From Balanoglossus misakiensis (taxonomy: Eukaryota > Animalia > Hemichordata), in contig CM082582.2 in assembly GCA_040954595.2 (NCBI GenBank), forward strand, positions 8,266,425 through 8,330,424: a DNA stretch of 64,000 nt, given 5' to 3'. The notes under the pieces were generated by a model, which was not told the origin of the DNA, searched no databases, and saw nothing but the letters and a program-made list of their open reading frames with translations. Each line of letters begins with the position of its first letter. Position 1 is the stretch's first letter. Shown here piece by piece: positions 27,701 to 40,567 of the stretch. A program made the position numbers and the translations under genes.

Positions 27701-30700
27701 ATCAATTACACACTTGTATTGGCTAATGCGTTTAGATTACTGGGTATTAAAATGGGGGAGGGAAAGGGGGGAGGGGGAGGAGGCGAAAACTGCTAATTCA
27801 ACGCGACTGAAATTTGAGCTATTTTAAATGCGCAGCACTCTGATTAGAATATTGAATTCGTGAGTAAGTAGGCAGTAATCCCTTCTGCTGAAATAATCGG
27901 GTGTCCGTTGAGATTTCACAGTAGCACTTGGCTGGTTCTGTTTTGCCTCTACTTATCACCCATATTATAAAAAAAGTGTTATCTTGATATTTACACATGA
28001 GCGGACATCACACCAACTGGCCTTACAACTTGTCAGTTCGCTGGGCACCAGTCTTGTGTCACTTTGAGTGGCGCAGACGTGACATGCACACGGGCGAAAA
28101 TTTCACTTGTTTGGGTGGAAATTGCGATATAAAAGCACAGGCCAATTAAAACGTCATCTTCTGCACAGGCTGCATCTTTCAGTTTATGAGAACATGTTCC
28201 AGTCAGCTCGCATGTGACGCCGCCATCGCCAGAATAACACACAATAAGATCAACAAAATTGTCTGATAACGCACAGTAAAATGAGCCAATTGACAGTCGA
28301 ATTACACACTTCCAGTTCATTAATTAAGTGTCAAATTCAAGGTTATATAAAAACGCTCTTTTCTCTTACAGATTATCTTACTTGATAATTTGTCCCAGAA
28401 AGAAACAAATCATCACGACACTGATTTTTAAATATGAGAAAGATAACCCTGTTCAATTATTCTCAAACGAAACGAGTGAATAAAATCAATTCTGTATCAA
28501 TGAACATAAATTCCTTATCTTGCAATTTACATGTACATGTATATTTTTTTATTTTGGCCAACCAGTGTATACTAACATTTTATTTGACTGGTAAGAAATA
28601 CTACACCATATCTTTGTGTCAAATAGCCACTTCTTTGATTAGAAAAAAATGATCCAAACAGATACAAGCCTAATAAATGCAACATTAATATTTTTTAAGT
28701 GCGTCGTTGCTATGGTATTGAGCTTATGCAAGGATATAAACGACAATGTGATATTTTCACTTGTGATGCACTGGGTAAATAATTTATCAGTTGTGTGACG
28801 ACACAAGTGTTGGATAACATGTTGGAATTTGATTTCATCTTTCATCTTATTAATTACGGTTTCAGAATAAACCTAGTGATGATTGAGATAATCAACTACA
28901 TGTAAATCATGAAGACCACCTCTGGACCATCAGGTTTTGGGTGTGGTCCTGTCAGTTTCAATTGTGGTGCTGGAAGCATTCACTATGATACGGGAGGCAC
29001 AGGGTGATGTTCGCATTCAAAGTTAATCCTTAATTTCCTAAGAGGACAGAGTTTTGTAATGCCAAGGGGGAAGGTACGTAGTAGATATTGCGAGGGCATT
29101 ACCCCAGTTGTTAATATTACTGGGGTTTCCCATTCAATGGACTGATTGATATGAATGTGTAGCAAAAGCATTACTAGGGTTCCCTAATCATTAACCAATG
29201 TAACCAGATCCCAATCTCAGCAAAAAACGCTAACTGCAAAATAAAATAGTTTCCTTCAACTTCAATGGAAAACCTTGCCAGTATATGTTATAAATCCCAC
29301 TTAGCTGTCAATGCATAGTATTCTTTAAATGCAATTACTGAACCATTGTGCACTTTCACCAAAGGGCAAACCAGGGGAAAACATAGATAGCAATCCAAAA
29401 CAGACTGTTTATTTATTTTTTCACCTCCTTAATTGGTTTATAAGCTGTCACAGTTTGCAGACTTTAAGATAAGGGGATCTGTTACAAATGGGTCATTGGG
29501 GATTATTGTTTTAGTTTGTTGACTGTCTGTGAGTGTACACAGCAGGAGCAGTACATTTTCAATAGGGGGTGCAGCGTGTTTTAGCGAGGGGACTGTGGTG
29601 TGGTTGGGTCCGATTCTCAATGGGAACACCAAGTTATTGTCTGTGAGTTTACACACAGGCTTTGTTCGTGGTCTGATGGCCGAAACTCATGGGGGCTTTG
29701 TTCGGACTCGATGGCCTATTTGCAGACATTCCATTGAGTTGTCTCGGGTGGACTGAAAAGAAAGTCTCACCAAGTTGTGTGTAAACATGGATCACTACTT
29801 CCCGGGGATAACAGTCCCGGAAAGGGAACTGGTCCTGCCCGTACTGGGATGGGTCACGCAAAAAAACGATGACGTTCTGGAGAGCTGAAATCGCAGACAG
29901 AATTTAATGTGTGTGCATTTTGGATAAGTGCCATCTTTTCTTTTATAAGTGGGGGGCTTGAAGCAGCCATGAAAACTTACCCGTCTCTCTTGATGATGGT
30001 GGTGGTGGTGGTGGTGGTGTTGTGAGTGGTGGTGCGGTCCTGAACTGATGGTCTGGGTAGGGGCTATGGTGACGACGGGCGGCGTGCTGGTCGGCAGGAC
30101 CAGCGGGGGCGGCTGCACGCTCTTGTTGGCGGCGGCCAGGGCTGCCGGAGTTGAAGACGTGCTGTGACTACTGCTGGCCGGCGACACTGCCGGCGACGGC
30201 TCCTCTTTCCCTATAAATCAAATGGTGCGAACCGTGGTGTTAGTGGCTATCACACAGACTGTCCCATTCACGGCCGAACAAAGGGGTGAAATGTAGCACC
30301 ACAGGTAGAGTGGACTGGGCACGTACCCTGTCGGACCTTTCTGACGCGACGGACTCCCTTCAGAAATTTCTCGCAATCTATTTACACTGTTCACTAGGGG
30401 CCATGACCTTTCATTGGAACAGGTAAAAAGTGGCATTGTGGGAGAGTCATAGGTGGGGATGTCCTTTGTGCTTCTATCACACATCCATCCTCCGACTTAT
30501 TTAGTATTCTAAAGACGTTACACGGGCTTATGCGTTTCTTTATCACCTCGCTCCCACGAGGAGCACCAGTTAACGCTATCCTTTCATCATGTCTTCAAAA
30601 GCATCATCGGCCATTCTCATTGATAATCTCCTCATCTTTACCGGCAGCCTTGCAACTGTCCCCATTGAAGTACAAAAAAAAATAACTGATATCATATAAC

Positions 30701-30932
30701 GGGGGGAAATACCAACCGATGGGGTCGATTGCTTGTTTGGCTAATTTTCTCAGCGCGGCGGCAAAGCTGGACGTGCGCGTGGCCGACATCGCATTGGCAG
30801 TGTTGCCACTGGTGACGGTCACGGTGCTTGCCGAATTGCTGAACGGTGTCACTGTGGCCGTCGTCCTTGTGGTTTTATTGGTCGCCTGGGAAACCATGGT
30901 GAGGGGCGGAGGCTTGACTCCATGGGGTACAC
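12082..30932 (-). CDS. GSE1: GSE1/Plexus-family coiled-coil protein, core of 15 spliced exons (3800 nt, about 1266 aa); 5' exons lie further right
   Basis: join(30717-30932,29981-30210,27360-27505,26369-26563,24690-24905,23255-23583,21757-21968,21334-21452,20150-20880,18795-19010,18380-18466,17511-18011,16716-17117,15961-16064,12082-12177). All introns are GT-AG and the phases chain into one open frame. Motifs matching recalled vertebrate GSE1, in the same order: TRTTATV, SSFAAALRKLAKQA, STPPVVTIAPT, GFQPY..PPFR, RE repeat, PLDTS..KK.GL, KKHFL..F.L, FAQEFHESVLQSTQ, WPGLDVLMEAYQRHV.EQNMER coiled coil. Confidence 0.93.
12704..12770. repeat. Compound microsatellite (TCAA)n(TCAG)n
   Basis: Directly visible tetranucleotide run in the last intron. 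Confidence 0.95.
15961..16064 (-). CDS. GSE1: GSE1 exon (EQNMEREILRDQMMRFRSQNQDLNRVAEHLRMRMA), coiled coil
   Basis: Acceptor ttttttaatttttcag|AG and donor GCT|gtaagt; 104 nt, phase 1->0. Resembles vertebrate EQNLERQVL. Too short for the ORF track. Confidence 0.92.
16716..17117 (-). CDS. GSE1: GSE1 exon, Ser-rich region then WPGLDVLMEAYQRHVS
   Basis: Acceptor ttccag|GT and donor TCAG|gtagtt; 402 nt, phase 1->1. In frame with ORF 16690..17049. Confidence 0.92.
17511..18011 (-). CDS. GSE1: GSE1 exon, (His-Pro)n/poly-Q region and FAQEFHESVLQSTQ motif
   Basis: Acceptor tgtttacag|GA and donor GCAG|gtaggt; 501 nt, phase 1->1. ORF 17503..18084. Confidence 0.92.
18380..18466 (-). CDS. GSE1: GSE1 exon (ELSRQRILVEADRNRRLGLKVTNPGKEET)
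   Basis: Acceptor ttctccccctccag|AG and donor ACAG|gtaggc; 87 nt, phase 1->1, open frame. Confidence 0.8.
18795..19010 (-). CDS. GSE1: GSE1 exon with basic NLS-like RKRRHKKRK and KKHFLANFKL motif
   Basis: Acceptor ttgcag|AT and donor AAAG|gtaagg; 216 nt, phase 1->1. ORF 18763..19128. Confidence 0.92.
20150..20880 (-). CDS. GSE1: GSE1 largest exon, acidic SDSEESDSDDDEE and PLDTSQKKMGLFGCLGL motif
   Basis: Acceptor ttttcag|A and donor GATG|gttagt; 731 nt, phase 2->1. ORF 20145..20876; GC-rich. Confidence 0.92.
21334..21452 (-). CDS. GSE1: GSE1 exon (NLLRHHHLSKKSGEQLQREREAIQRDRELLLQQDRSLAER)
   Basis: Acceptor cccccacag|AAT and donor AAG|gtagga; 119 nt, phase 0->2. Required to bridge the neighbouring exon phases. 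Confidence 0.88.
21757..21968 (-). CDS. GSE1: GSE1 exon (NSYSEHIAAQ...QQLLQQHQQ)
   Basis: Acceptor ttttcccccccag|GA-type pyrimidine tract and donor CAG|gttaga; 212 nt, phase 1->0. ORF 21658..22146. Confidence 0.88.
23255..23583 (-). CDS. GSE1: GSE1 exon encoding the Arg/Lys-Glu (RERE) repeat
   Basis: Acceptor tttccag|G and donor GAGA|gtaagt; 329 nt, phase 2->1. An RE dipeptide tract is typical of GSE1. Confidence 0.92.
24690..24905 (-). CDS. GSE1: GSE1 exon, Pro-rich (LDEHYDRYSMPGLRPPFL...LLAIDR)
   Basis: Acceptor ccttag|G and donor CAG|gtaaaa; 216 nt, phase 2->2. ORF 24686..24955. Confidence 0.9.
26369..26563 (-). CDS. GSE1: GSE1 exon (PIPHHPS...RGFQPYRP...FHYPPFR)
   Basis: Acceptor ttcttccag|G and donor CAG|gtacgt; 195 nt, phase 2->2. 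Confidence 0.9.
27360..27505 (-). CDS. GSE1: GSE1 exon (EEDHPDRAGIDRRERRSPDMHVKQE...GVPYR)
   Basis: Acceptor ttctcag|GAG and donor CAG|gtatgg; 146 nt, phase 0->2. Contains a VKQE SUMO-consensus site. Confidence 0.88.
29981..30210 (-). CDS. GSE1: GSE1 exon with STPPVVTIAPT motif and poly-His
   Basis: Acceptor tttatag|GG and donor CGG|gtaagt; 230 nt, phase 1->0. Confidence 0.92.
30717..30932 (-). CDS. GSE1: GSE1 first common core exon (GVPHGVKPPPL...SSFAAALRKLAKQAIDPIG)
   Basis: Acceptor cttcatccatcag|GT and donor ATCG|gttggt; 216 nt, phase 1->1. Carries the hallmark SSFAAALRKLAKQA. Confidence 0.93.
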
Positions 30933-32022
30933 CTGATGGATGAAGCAGAGGGTAAAAAAGCACATAAATAAAAACGTTCGAGCAACGTGAGAAAAGACAG
31001 ACCGAAGATCAGCAATGACCGAAACTCGCATAATCCTACTGCTGGTTGCTCCCCCTTCCATCATGATACTGGAGTCCGACCCCTGTTGTTGACAATAACA
31101 AAACCCGGACCCACGCACCACGAAAACGGGGGTGAAAGGGTTAAACACACAACGACGTGCACAAGGGATTACAGGAACAGGTAATTTAAACAACTGTTAC
31201 ACTGGCTATGGATCAAGGTTACAGGCATGCTATAGTCTGAAGTCACAACAATCTTATCCTGCTGAGGAGATAAAGATTTTTTAAACATTCCTGGGATTTC
31301 AGTATCCAGGTGAAAGCGATCGGCATGAAATATGTGCCACCGAACACGATTCACCACAGACACTGTTTAACATTTCACCTCACTCCAATAAACCAAGGCT
31401 GCATGCAAATGGCTGAAAAATCCCACAGCGCTACATTGTACACGCCGATGCCCGACAGCGGGCAATCATCACTTTTCGACTAGAAAATAAAATTCCCATT
31501 TTATAATGGCGATTTGCGTTTAATCTAAACTGTATAACGGCAGAGGGTGATGAATCACGGGTTGGCATGGAGTGCTTTATGTCTGATAGCCAAATGTGAC
31601 CTTTAGCTTGATTGGTATTAAAGTTGAGCAATTCGACCGTTGCAAATTAGCGTGACTACACATACAAATTGCGGCACTCAGAAAGAAAAAATTACATGCA
31701 ATTCGCATGCAGACACACAAGCTGGGGATTGAACACAATCACTGATTTTCTACACTGTGAATGATTATAGTATATGTACTATACAGGGTTGGATGACAGT
31801 GTCATGATAGATTCTTAGATTTGATTGAATTTGACCTGAGCCCATCATAGATTTGACAACAAGATTTAATCCTTGTACTCCCAGATATCTTTGTAGTGGT
31901 CCAATTTTCCACAGAAAACAATGCATTGAGCCAAACCATGAAGGTTAAAGGGTTCACCTTATGATTTTTCATCCCCAGAGTTTCCAGTGGTGTGAGAGGA
32001 CATTGCAAGCACAGATAGGAGT

Positions 32023-32044
32023 GGGGGGGGGGGGGGGGGGGGGG
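32023..32044. repeat. Poly-G tract (~22 nt)
   Basis: Uninterrupted G run with G-quadruplex potential. Confidence 0.9.
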
Positions 32045-34956
32045 CAAATTTAGAGCGAGGTGTCATTTAGATACAACAGAGTTGAACACAAACATTGTAA
32101 GCAACAGTGTCAGTCGCTGTTTAATTTGTTAGTGGCTGGCTACAAATCATGTCAGGATTGCTGTAGTTATACACAGGTAAACACTGAATCCTTTTGTACC
32201 AGCAATGTTGAGATGCTGATCAGTTTTTTTTACAGCTCTGCCCACCTCCGATTTAATTTGATAATAACGAGTGCCTTCTTTCAGGGATGTAATTGTCTAT
32301 AAAAGAGTTTGACGACTGCTTCAATAAAAGCCCCCCTTATTTGTGAGTTTCTGTGAGTCTGTTTTCAAGCCTATACATGCAAACAGGACAAATGAGCGAG
32401 CATCGGACATCAATCATGTTTACAGACAACTGTTACAACAATAAAATTCTGTTGAAGAGAGATCGGGAGGTTGAATTCACTCTCGGCAGACTTAAAGACA
32501 CACAATGTCAGAGACAGGTACTTCATACTTAACAAACACCGCATTTGAACTTCATAAGTGTGTGTATATACCTACAAGCAAACGCAACAGGTTTTTTTTT
32601 TATTCAATGGGCACAACGGAGTGTACTCGTCAGGATGTAAATAGCTTGTGGGTTGGAGACAGTATGGTTCGAGCCCCCCGAGAGACCAACCAGCATTGTC
32701 TGTCCCTCCGCGGGTCAATGCCGACGATAAAAGCGCAAACCACAGACAGCGCGGGGCAAGAACTGCACACTACATTGGCCACAATTATTGTCATAAGAAA
32801 ACGTATAGCTGATCCGCCATTGTGGGGCTCTCCATGTTTATGTTGATGCATGTTCTCCGGGGTTACATGCCGTGACCTCTTTGGTCTTTTAATCGGCGCT
32901 GGCTATCCACATCACTGCGCAGTTACTACCGACACTCTGCGGCTCCATAGCAAAGTATTTCACCCCTGTCCATTACACATGACCCATTGATCACACACCC
33001 ACACCTAACAATGAAATGTGACCACCAATCGCCCGTCTGAACCTTGCCACTCTCAATGTCAGCCGCTTTCAAAATAAAATTCACCGTGATATAATTATAC
33101 AATAGTGCTGGGATTAGCCGTTTCCTCCGCGCTCCTTAGCTGGCTCCAACAACCCATGCTAAGTGTTCAGATAAGGGTATTAATAAATAACTCGTACCCT
33201 TGTGTCATAACACGGAGGTCATAACAAACAAGCAAGCATGGCTGTTCTAAAGAGACATTATAGCTTTCTTCTGAGCACTGGCCGCGGTGTAGAAATTTCG
33301 CTGTAATGAATTCAGTGTCAGACACGTCGTGAAGCTTTTGAATTGTGGAATTTGACGGGGGTGAGAACTAAGCTGTTCATGGGTCAGGGAGAGAGGAGCC
33401 AATCTCGTTTACGTCACACCACCTCCATTTGTGTAGTCGCACTATTGATTTTTTTTCTCTCTTTCTACTGGCATGTCATAATACGTTTAATCTGGTCCAG
33501 TTACCCTGAATGCTGGGGGACTGATCACATATGCAAAACGCTTGGCCACATTTTTTTAGCTGTGGTTTGTGCAAACGTGCTGGTAGGCCGTCCTGCGGAG
33601 CCTTACGCACACACACACACACATACCGACCAGCTCTCTTTGTCTATAAAACCACCACATCACAATCCCATCAAGTCAAACCTTGAGACCCTATCCAGTC
33701 AAAGCCAGGATTCTGCCGAAGCCATATGGTGCTCACCACTAGGGAGGCCCGGGCTCATCCACTCCCTAGGTTTTGACACCAAAGGCTAGTGTTTATCTCC
33801 TAAAAGTGCGGCAAAAAAATGGCATTAAATATTTAAACACTTCCAGCTCGCGATGAGTAACGCCACGAAACAATATCGTCGGCAAATCTGATCAATAATC
33901 ATAGCTGTGGGATGTCATTATGAATATGCACTTCTATGGTTTCCTTGGTGAATCCACACAGACAGTAGAATCCAATGCCCTCTGGAAAGCCTATACAGAC
34001 ACATAGTTGACACTCCCAGCCCCGTTCCCTGGATATAACCCCCTACAGACAGCGTGATCTTTTATAGAATGCTAAATCCGTTCTCGAAAACGAAGAAGAT
34101 CCAGCCTTGCCCTTTGAACTCTTGCTTTTTTACAGTCCACGAGATGTCCTCCCATTTTTTTTTCAGCGGGAGAGTTACAAATTAGAGCACAGCATGGCTG
34201 GTCACAGCTGTGGATAATAAGAGGTGGGTTGTTTAGAAAAGGGATGGCCCCTAATCCACTCACACCTTGTGTCATTTACATCTTGGCTCTATTCATACTT
34301 CCATTCATGAGGGTCAATTGTCTTCCTGTTACTGGTCAAAACACACAGTGAAATTGCTTTTGTCTCTGTTCAGCCACAAAGCAAGCTGCTCAATATTTAA
34401 AAAAATAACCATGGAACTCTAAAAATGACAGCATTTACTCATGAACTGTGACCTTGTTTTCAGAAACCAGAAAATCTAATTTCAGCAATTTGATTGCCCC
34501 TTGTTCAACAATACGCACAATAACCAAAGCATCTGCTCGCGCGACATTTTTTTTTACACAATCTGAGAATTGAAACTGCGCATCATGTGCGAGACTTCCG
34601 CATTTGCTATTATCATGGTGGATGAGTTGACGACAAAGCACGGATCAACGGCCAGTTGGATTGACTGGCCCTTAATCCCTGCGGTTGATACATCAACTGC
34701 AGCGATACCATCACACAGACATATATACACACACAAAAGGTGACAACACTGAAACATGTGATGTGCTTCACCCACTGAACATTGTCCAATGGGATCTGCT
34801 ACTTTGCATAATGAAATTTACACTGGTATTCCTATCGTGTGTGATTTCCCTGTGCCCTGCGTGTATAATCACAAACAGCTAGCCCGACTCTCCTGACCCT
34901 AACCAGATTCCCCGGCAATTAAGCTGGGGAATATGGGGAGGCCGACATGACTTTAC

Positions 34957-34996
34957 CTTTCTTGTGCTGTGTGGCCACATCTGCGGTGCTGGTCAT
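34957..34996 (-). CDS. Candidate alternative first coding exon (MTSTADVATQHKK-G)
   Basis: ATG at 34996 with A at -3, 13 codons plus G, then AAG|gtaaag donor. Phase 1 matches the acceptor at 30932. No transcript evidence. Confidence 0.25.
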
Positions 34997-37900
34997 GCTC
35001 AAGAACACACAAGATTCGGAATGTGAATTCCTTTGTCTGTACACAATAACGCTAACAGGTTACTAAGCTTGTCCTCACAGATCATGTACTGCCATGTGAA
35101 ATATTGACACGTTTTTTCACCACTGTTGATTGGTCATTCTCCCCTGGGTCCTGATGGGCGACTGATATGGGTTATGGCAAGCGGTGTGACAAAGTTGAAC
35201 AGATGATCAGTCGTCTGCTGAAATGGGCCTCACTTCCTTAAACACAACTAAACACAATATACCATATAAAAAGACAGGTCAACCCCGCACCTATTAGTCA
35301 GCCTGGGGCAGAGATTCCATTATACCCACAGGGGTGATCCCCGCGCATAATGAGGGGCTAATGCATTCATGTAAACAGGGTAAAACATACAGTTGGCATT
35401 TATTGATTGGCAATCCCCCCCCCCCCCCCCAAATCAAACAAGCCTGTAAACTCCAATTGGGGACTAAGCTGATTTGTGAAACATTCCCACGTTAGGAGGG
35501 TCTCTCATCATCTCAGCTGGGATGTGTGTTTTTTATTAGCAGGCCAAACTCCGACACTGTCTACCTAAAGGGGTGCCAGAATCTTGCACCTGCCTTTATT
35601 CAAACTTGGACAAAAGAGGTGAATAGAGCAGTGGCCCAGCCTGTGTGCAATACTTTGTCACAGTCAAAGACCCACAGTAAGTCATAGGCTGACCTCAGCT
35701 ATTCAGGCGGACAAAAGCCCCAGCCAGATGGCGGCTGAAACACACCGCTAAGTGCCAACACACAGCTTATACTAGGAACACTTTACTTTTATAGGGTAGT
35801 TTATGTCACCACAAAAAAATAATGCAGACGGCTGCATGAACAAGCCACAATGATTTTATATACATGTCACACGAGGCAGGGTTGCTACTGAAACAAATTT
35901 CAACAGATACGTTTTGTTCAACTGAACAAAAAAAACACACCACCAAACCAATCTCTGTATTCTATCCGTATGATCCGTAACAAATCTACCTGTCACTAAG
36001 TGGACAATTCCTAATCCTCATTAACGTTTTAACGTGGTCACATGGTATGTCGATGTTCACTTGTTTTCATCTCATTCGGCTCGACGTCACAAGCATTTCC
36101 ACAGCCAATTACCAGCAAACGCTTGACGACATTACTCTAATTTCACAAGCCTCCGCGTTAACAGACACTCCGCAGTCTTCCCAATCAAAGGCCATCGAAA
36201 ATGTCAATTCTCATGAAGTGCACCGTGTTTTCCTGAGAGGAATTTTCGCCTGGAAAGAACGCACTTTCCCCGGAATCTAATTGGAATGAATGGCCGCTCC
36301 GAGCACCAACTGCTCCGGCTAATTTCTCTTCATATTGAGTCAGAGGTGGTTCAATTTACACCATTATCATAGCAATGATTAAAACAGAAGTGAACGATAG
36401 GAGAGGCCTCCTGGAAATTGATGACTTTCCTATGACAACAGACTCCGGTTTACAAAGGTTAAACAACGCAATTACCAATAATGACACCTCAATATTGGAT
36501 ATATTTCATTCAATTTTAAAGCAATTTAACAACATGGCCTAATGTTTTTATAATGCAATATATGTTGTACTTTGGGAGGATGACAATAAAAATCCTTGAA
36601 CACTCATCATTTTTGAATCAATTTTTCAAAGGGCAGGTTCAAATACCCAAGTTTCTGTTTTGATAAGTTGATTTGCATATTTATTTAGAAATATATACTT
36701 CCTTCTCCCAATAGAATACTTTCGTTGGCAGCCAAATTATGGCAATCTCATCAGGTCGTAGAGATAGATAATATTGCAGATCTCCAAAAGATATTTTTTC
36801 AGAGTATGACTGGCATGCTACAGGAGGGGGCAAAGGCCAAAAAACAAGTCTGACATAGATGACAACTGTTTGGTAACCAGGCAAAAATGCCAAACCTTTG
36901 AGAGCACCCTTATTTATTTATATATCTTATTTTGATTTGTCGCACATGTGTGCGTGAGTGCTCGGTATCATGTCAGAGTGAGGTTTCTAAATACCAGGGT
37001 AGCTGGCTGACACCTTGGAGTCCCATGATGCAGCAGTCGCAGACAGACACACAGTGGGACACCACGCGCCAGCAATGCATTGTGGTGAGGCAATAAACAC
37101 GTTTACTGCAAGTGGTGAACGAGGGTGAATTGTCAGGCGTGTGCTATTTGTCATGCAAATCGGTCCACTTTAATTTCTCTTTCAACTGTTGAATTATCAA
37201 ATCCCTTTGTCTGGAACCGGGACGGGATGGAGTCAATTGAGAAACGAATAGCGGTGTTGACGACTGCATTAAACATGCATTTGTGATGCCACATGGACCA
37301 ATTAGAAGTGGGTGAAAAAAAATCTACAACAGGAAGGCCACTGATTGTCCATCCTTCACACATAAGTGAAAAAAAGGTGCTAGTCTTCAAATAAAAGAAG
37401 CTGAATCAAGTACATGTACATGTATTACAATCCCAGCCACCAGACAGACAGACATCACCATATCTGTAGTTAGTGTCCTCTCATTTGTTTGCACTGCATT
37501 TACATAATTATGGCTAAGGTACAGGATCACTGCGGATGTGTGAAGTGACTAGGGAGCCCATGCGTTGCTATGCGACGCCAAGGGGGGCAAGCCAGGCTAC
37601 TGTGCAGTGTCGGCCATTTCCTTATCGCTGTGTCAACATCTCGAGCAGGTGTATGTGGAGGAACATTAAACTTTGATATCATAACTGACTGAAGTAGATT
37701 ATTTGGACAAAGGGCAAATAGGCCTCCAAGTTGACACATTTCAACATGGCTGCAGAGTTAATATTGATGCAAGGAGGTCGATAAGAGAAGGAAAAAAAAG
37801 CGCTGCCATCTCTGGCAACAGCTTTCAGGGTCTCACATAAAAAATGTGAAATATTTACAAGGCATATCCCTGGTGCACCCTCTGTTTGTTTTATAAATCA

Positions 37901-40567
37901 ATTTATATACACAGAATAAAAAGTGAAATTTCTCCGGTGAAATTGATGAGGCCTCGCTGGCGCTCGATTCTTCCTAATATGGAGGAAAATTGATGCCTGC
38001 GATGGTGGCATAAATGACCTATCACAATGAAATATTAGGTTGCTACGGAAAATCTATTAAGTAGTCATTACATTTGTGGTACTTACACCACAGAGGTCAT
38101 CGAGATAACTGGCGAGGGGTCAGTTTATGTGATGTGTGCGTACTTCTTGACAGTGTGGCAATTCATTAAACTGTCCTTTAAACAGCTCAGGCCTGTCATT
38201 TTCCCAGACAGCGTCCAGCTGATCACATCGCATCAGAAAGCAATCTCGGAAATTTTCGCACACCTTCCAACGAGCAAACAAGAGTCTTTAAACCGTTAGA
38301 GCAGCGAACGATGCAAGGGGTTGCCATGGATACTGGCAAATTAATCTAATCTCGCGTTCTTATTCTCTATGGCTGAGTAGTTTGAGTGTAATTCTCTCTT
38401 TTTTTCCCTCTCTCTCTCTCTGCTTGTACTATACCCGGCATCCTTGTGTGATTTGTGTATACGTTCAACCGGACTGATTGCCTGCCATTTAAACAAATGC
38501 AATTAAGGAACACTGATGACAATTCAATTTGGAAACACACAGCTTAAGCAATTACTGGGGTATGAAGACATTGTCCCGCCAATAATTGACCCCGCTGTCA
38601 CTCTGGCAATCCCCGTTACCCATATCCGCCCCAATGCCTGCTGGGCAAGGCCAACACTGAAACACGTCGGCAGATGCCGATCTCAGACTGGCTCCCTGGA
38701 AATCCGCGTCGCCATGCCGACCGATGCTTTAGTTTCGTTTCTCAGGGAGACAGCTCTCTCTCTCTTCGGGCCGACCTATTTAACCTCTGACATGGACTAG
38801 CAACCTGTTCCCAGTTTTGTTAATAAATTCCCTAAATACCTCATAATCTCACGATTCAATATTTATATTATCTGTGGGACATAAATCCGCATCTAGTCCT
38901 GTAGCAAGTACTCATTCCTGCCATTTTGCGTATTTAAATTTATTACACTGCAATGAATGAGGCAATGAACTAATGTCTTCAAAAAAGACAATTAGTGTAA
39001 TGTACAGCATACCTAATATAGACTCTTTTCCAGGAAAATCTCACTACGTGAGTTCTCACTTACGTATCAAAATGTCCTTGATCAAGGCTAGGGAGTGAAA
39101 ATCGTATCGAATCAGACATGTTTTATAGTTTCATACTCTCTGATCAGCATTTTATGACCGCGTTCACTTTCGACAACGTGTGACCGAACATAAAAAAAAT
39201 TGATGGCCGCAATAAAAGAGCAACACAAATAAAGAACCCAGCAAAAATTACATACCCGAAAAACAACCTATTGGTAATTATATTTTCAGAATTTGTACCT
39301 GGAGGTACTTCAGTGCTTGTACATAGAAAAATTGAAGAAAATGGATAGATTTGTCAAAAGGGATCATTTTTATATAACAATATTAGAAATCTTTTAATAC
39401 AAACAGATGAAAAATCAAGAAAATTAGCCTGGATTTTTTTGTGACGGGTAAATCGTATGAATAAGGGTTTGCAATAAGCGATTATCCAAGAACAGGTGAA
39501 AATTTTACAAATTTCCTGTGCTCGGAAGTGATGTATTTGGCGTGTTTTATAGCTGTGCTGTGGATGTGTTGCTGTACGGTGCTTTGTGTCGTGTTTCTAT
39601 GCTATTGAAGATCACCGTCTATGTTACAACTTCCTGTTCCAGTCTGAGCGATGACGCTGACACACGTATGAATATTTCATGGCCAGACAACTCTATTTGT
39701 GGCCAATATCCGAGGACTAGTACTGCCTACAGAACAAAAAAGTTGCCTGTGTTTGCCTCTATGCGCAATATTTCACCAGATTGGGTTAAAAACATTTAAA
39801 TATCTGGCAATGATAGATGAATATTTCACAACTACTGTGGAGTTTTTTGATGGAAAAAACACATGAACAATAGCACAGATGGTCGTAAATGGTTAGGCAT
39901 GTGTCTTGACTGATCGTAACTACATTAATAGATAATATACAAACATTTTAATATTCTGGATATTGGTATAATGGTGTAAATTATAGGATTTTACTTCTGC
40001 TGACCTCTGACCCCTGTATCTCAATCAGAGATAAACTGGTGTTATGACCAAAGAAATACTGAAATAACTTGTATTCAAGAGGATTTTATTTCCATATTTG
40101 CCATATTTTGATCTTTTATATGTTCATAATTTAAACCTTTGGTGGGATCACCATATGTTGCAGTCCTTGTATGTTGAGCTTCCCAACAGCTGCGGAGTCA
40201 CATGCTATAAGGGTTATATATACATACACTCAGTCACATTGGGGAAATCAATCAGGCAGTTCTGATCTGAGTCCTCTAGCCGGTAGAGTGGCATCCTGGG
40301 ATATGCATGTACCCATCCAGAAACGAGTTGGGAGGGGGGGGGGGGCAGATCCTCTCAATGTTGCCATGTGGAAGTTCATTACAATTAAACTTTGACATGT
40401 TGGGGACTATAGCCTTTTTACTGGACCCTTGCCATCATAATTGTCATAATATCTTCAACAATATCCACTGGTATAGACTCTGAGATGGGATCCTAACCAG
40501 GCTATGGGCAAAGGCCCACAGGTGTGATCCTAACTACCAGTATTACCCAGAGAGCAGACCCTAAGGC

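Noticed and set aside
29649-29753. Extra exon HPRQLNGMSANRPSSPNK...
   Set aside because: The open frame needs phase 1 but the intron is phase 0, and there is no suitable donor.
32640-32680. tRNA or SINE suggested by the B-box-like ggttcgagcc (also gttcgagtc on minus near 60945)
   Set aside because: There is no cloverleaf, and A-box spacing and Pol III terminator context are unconvincing.
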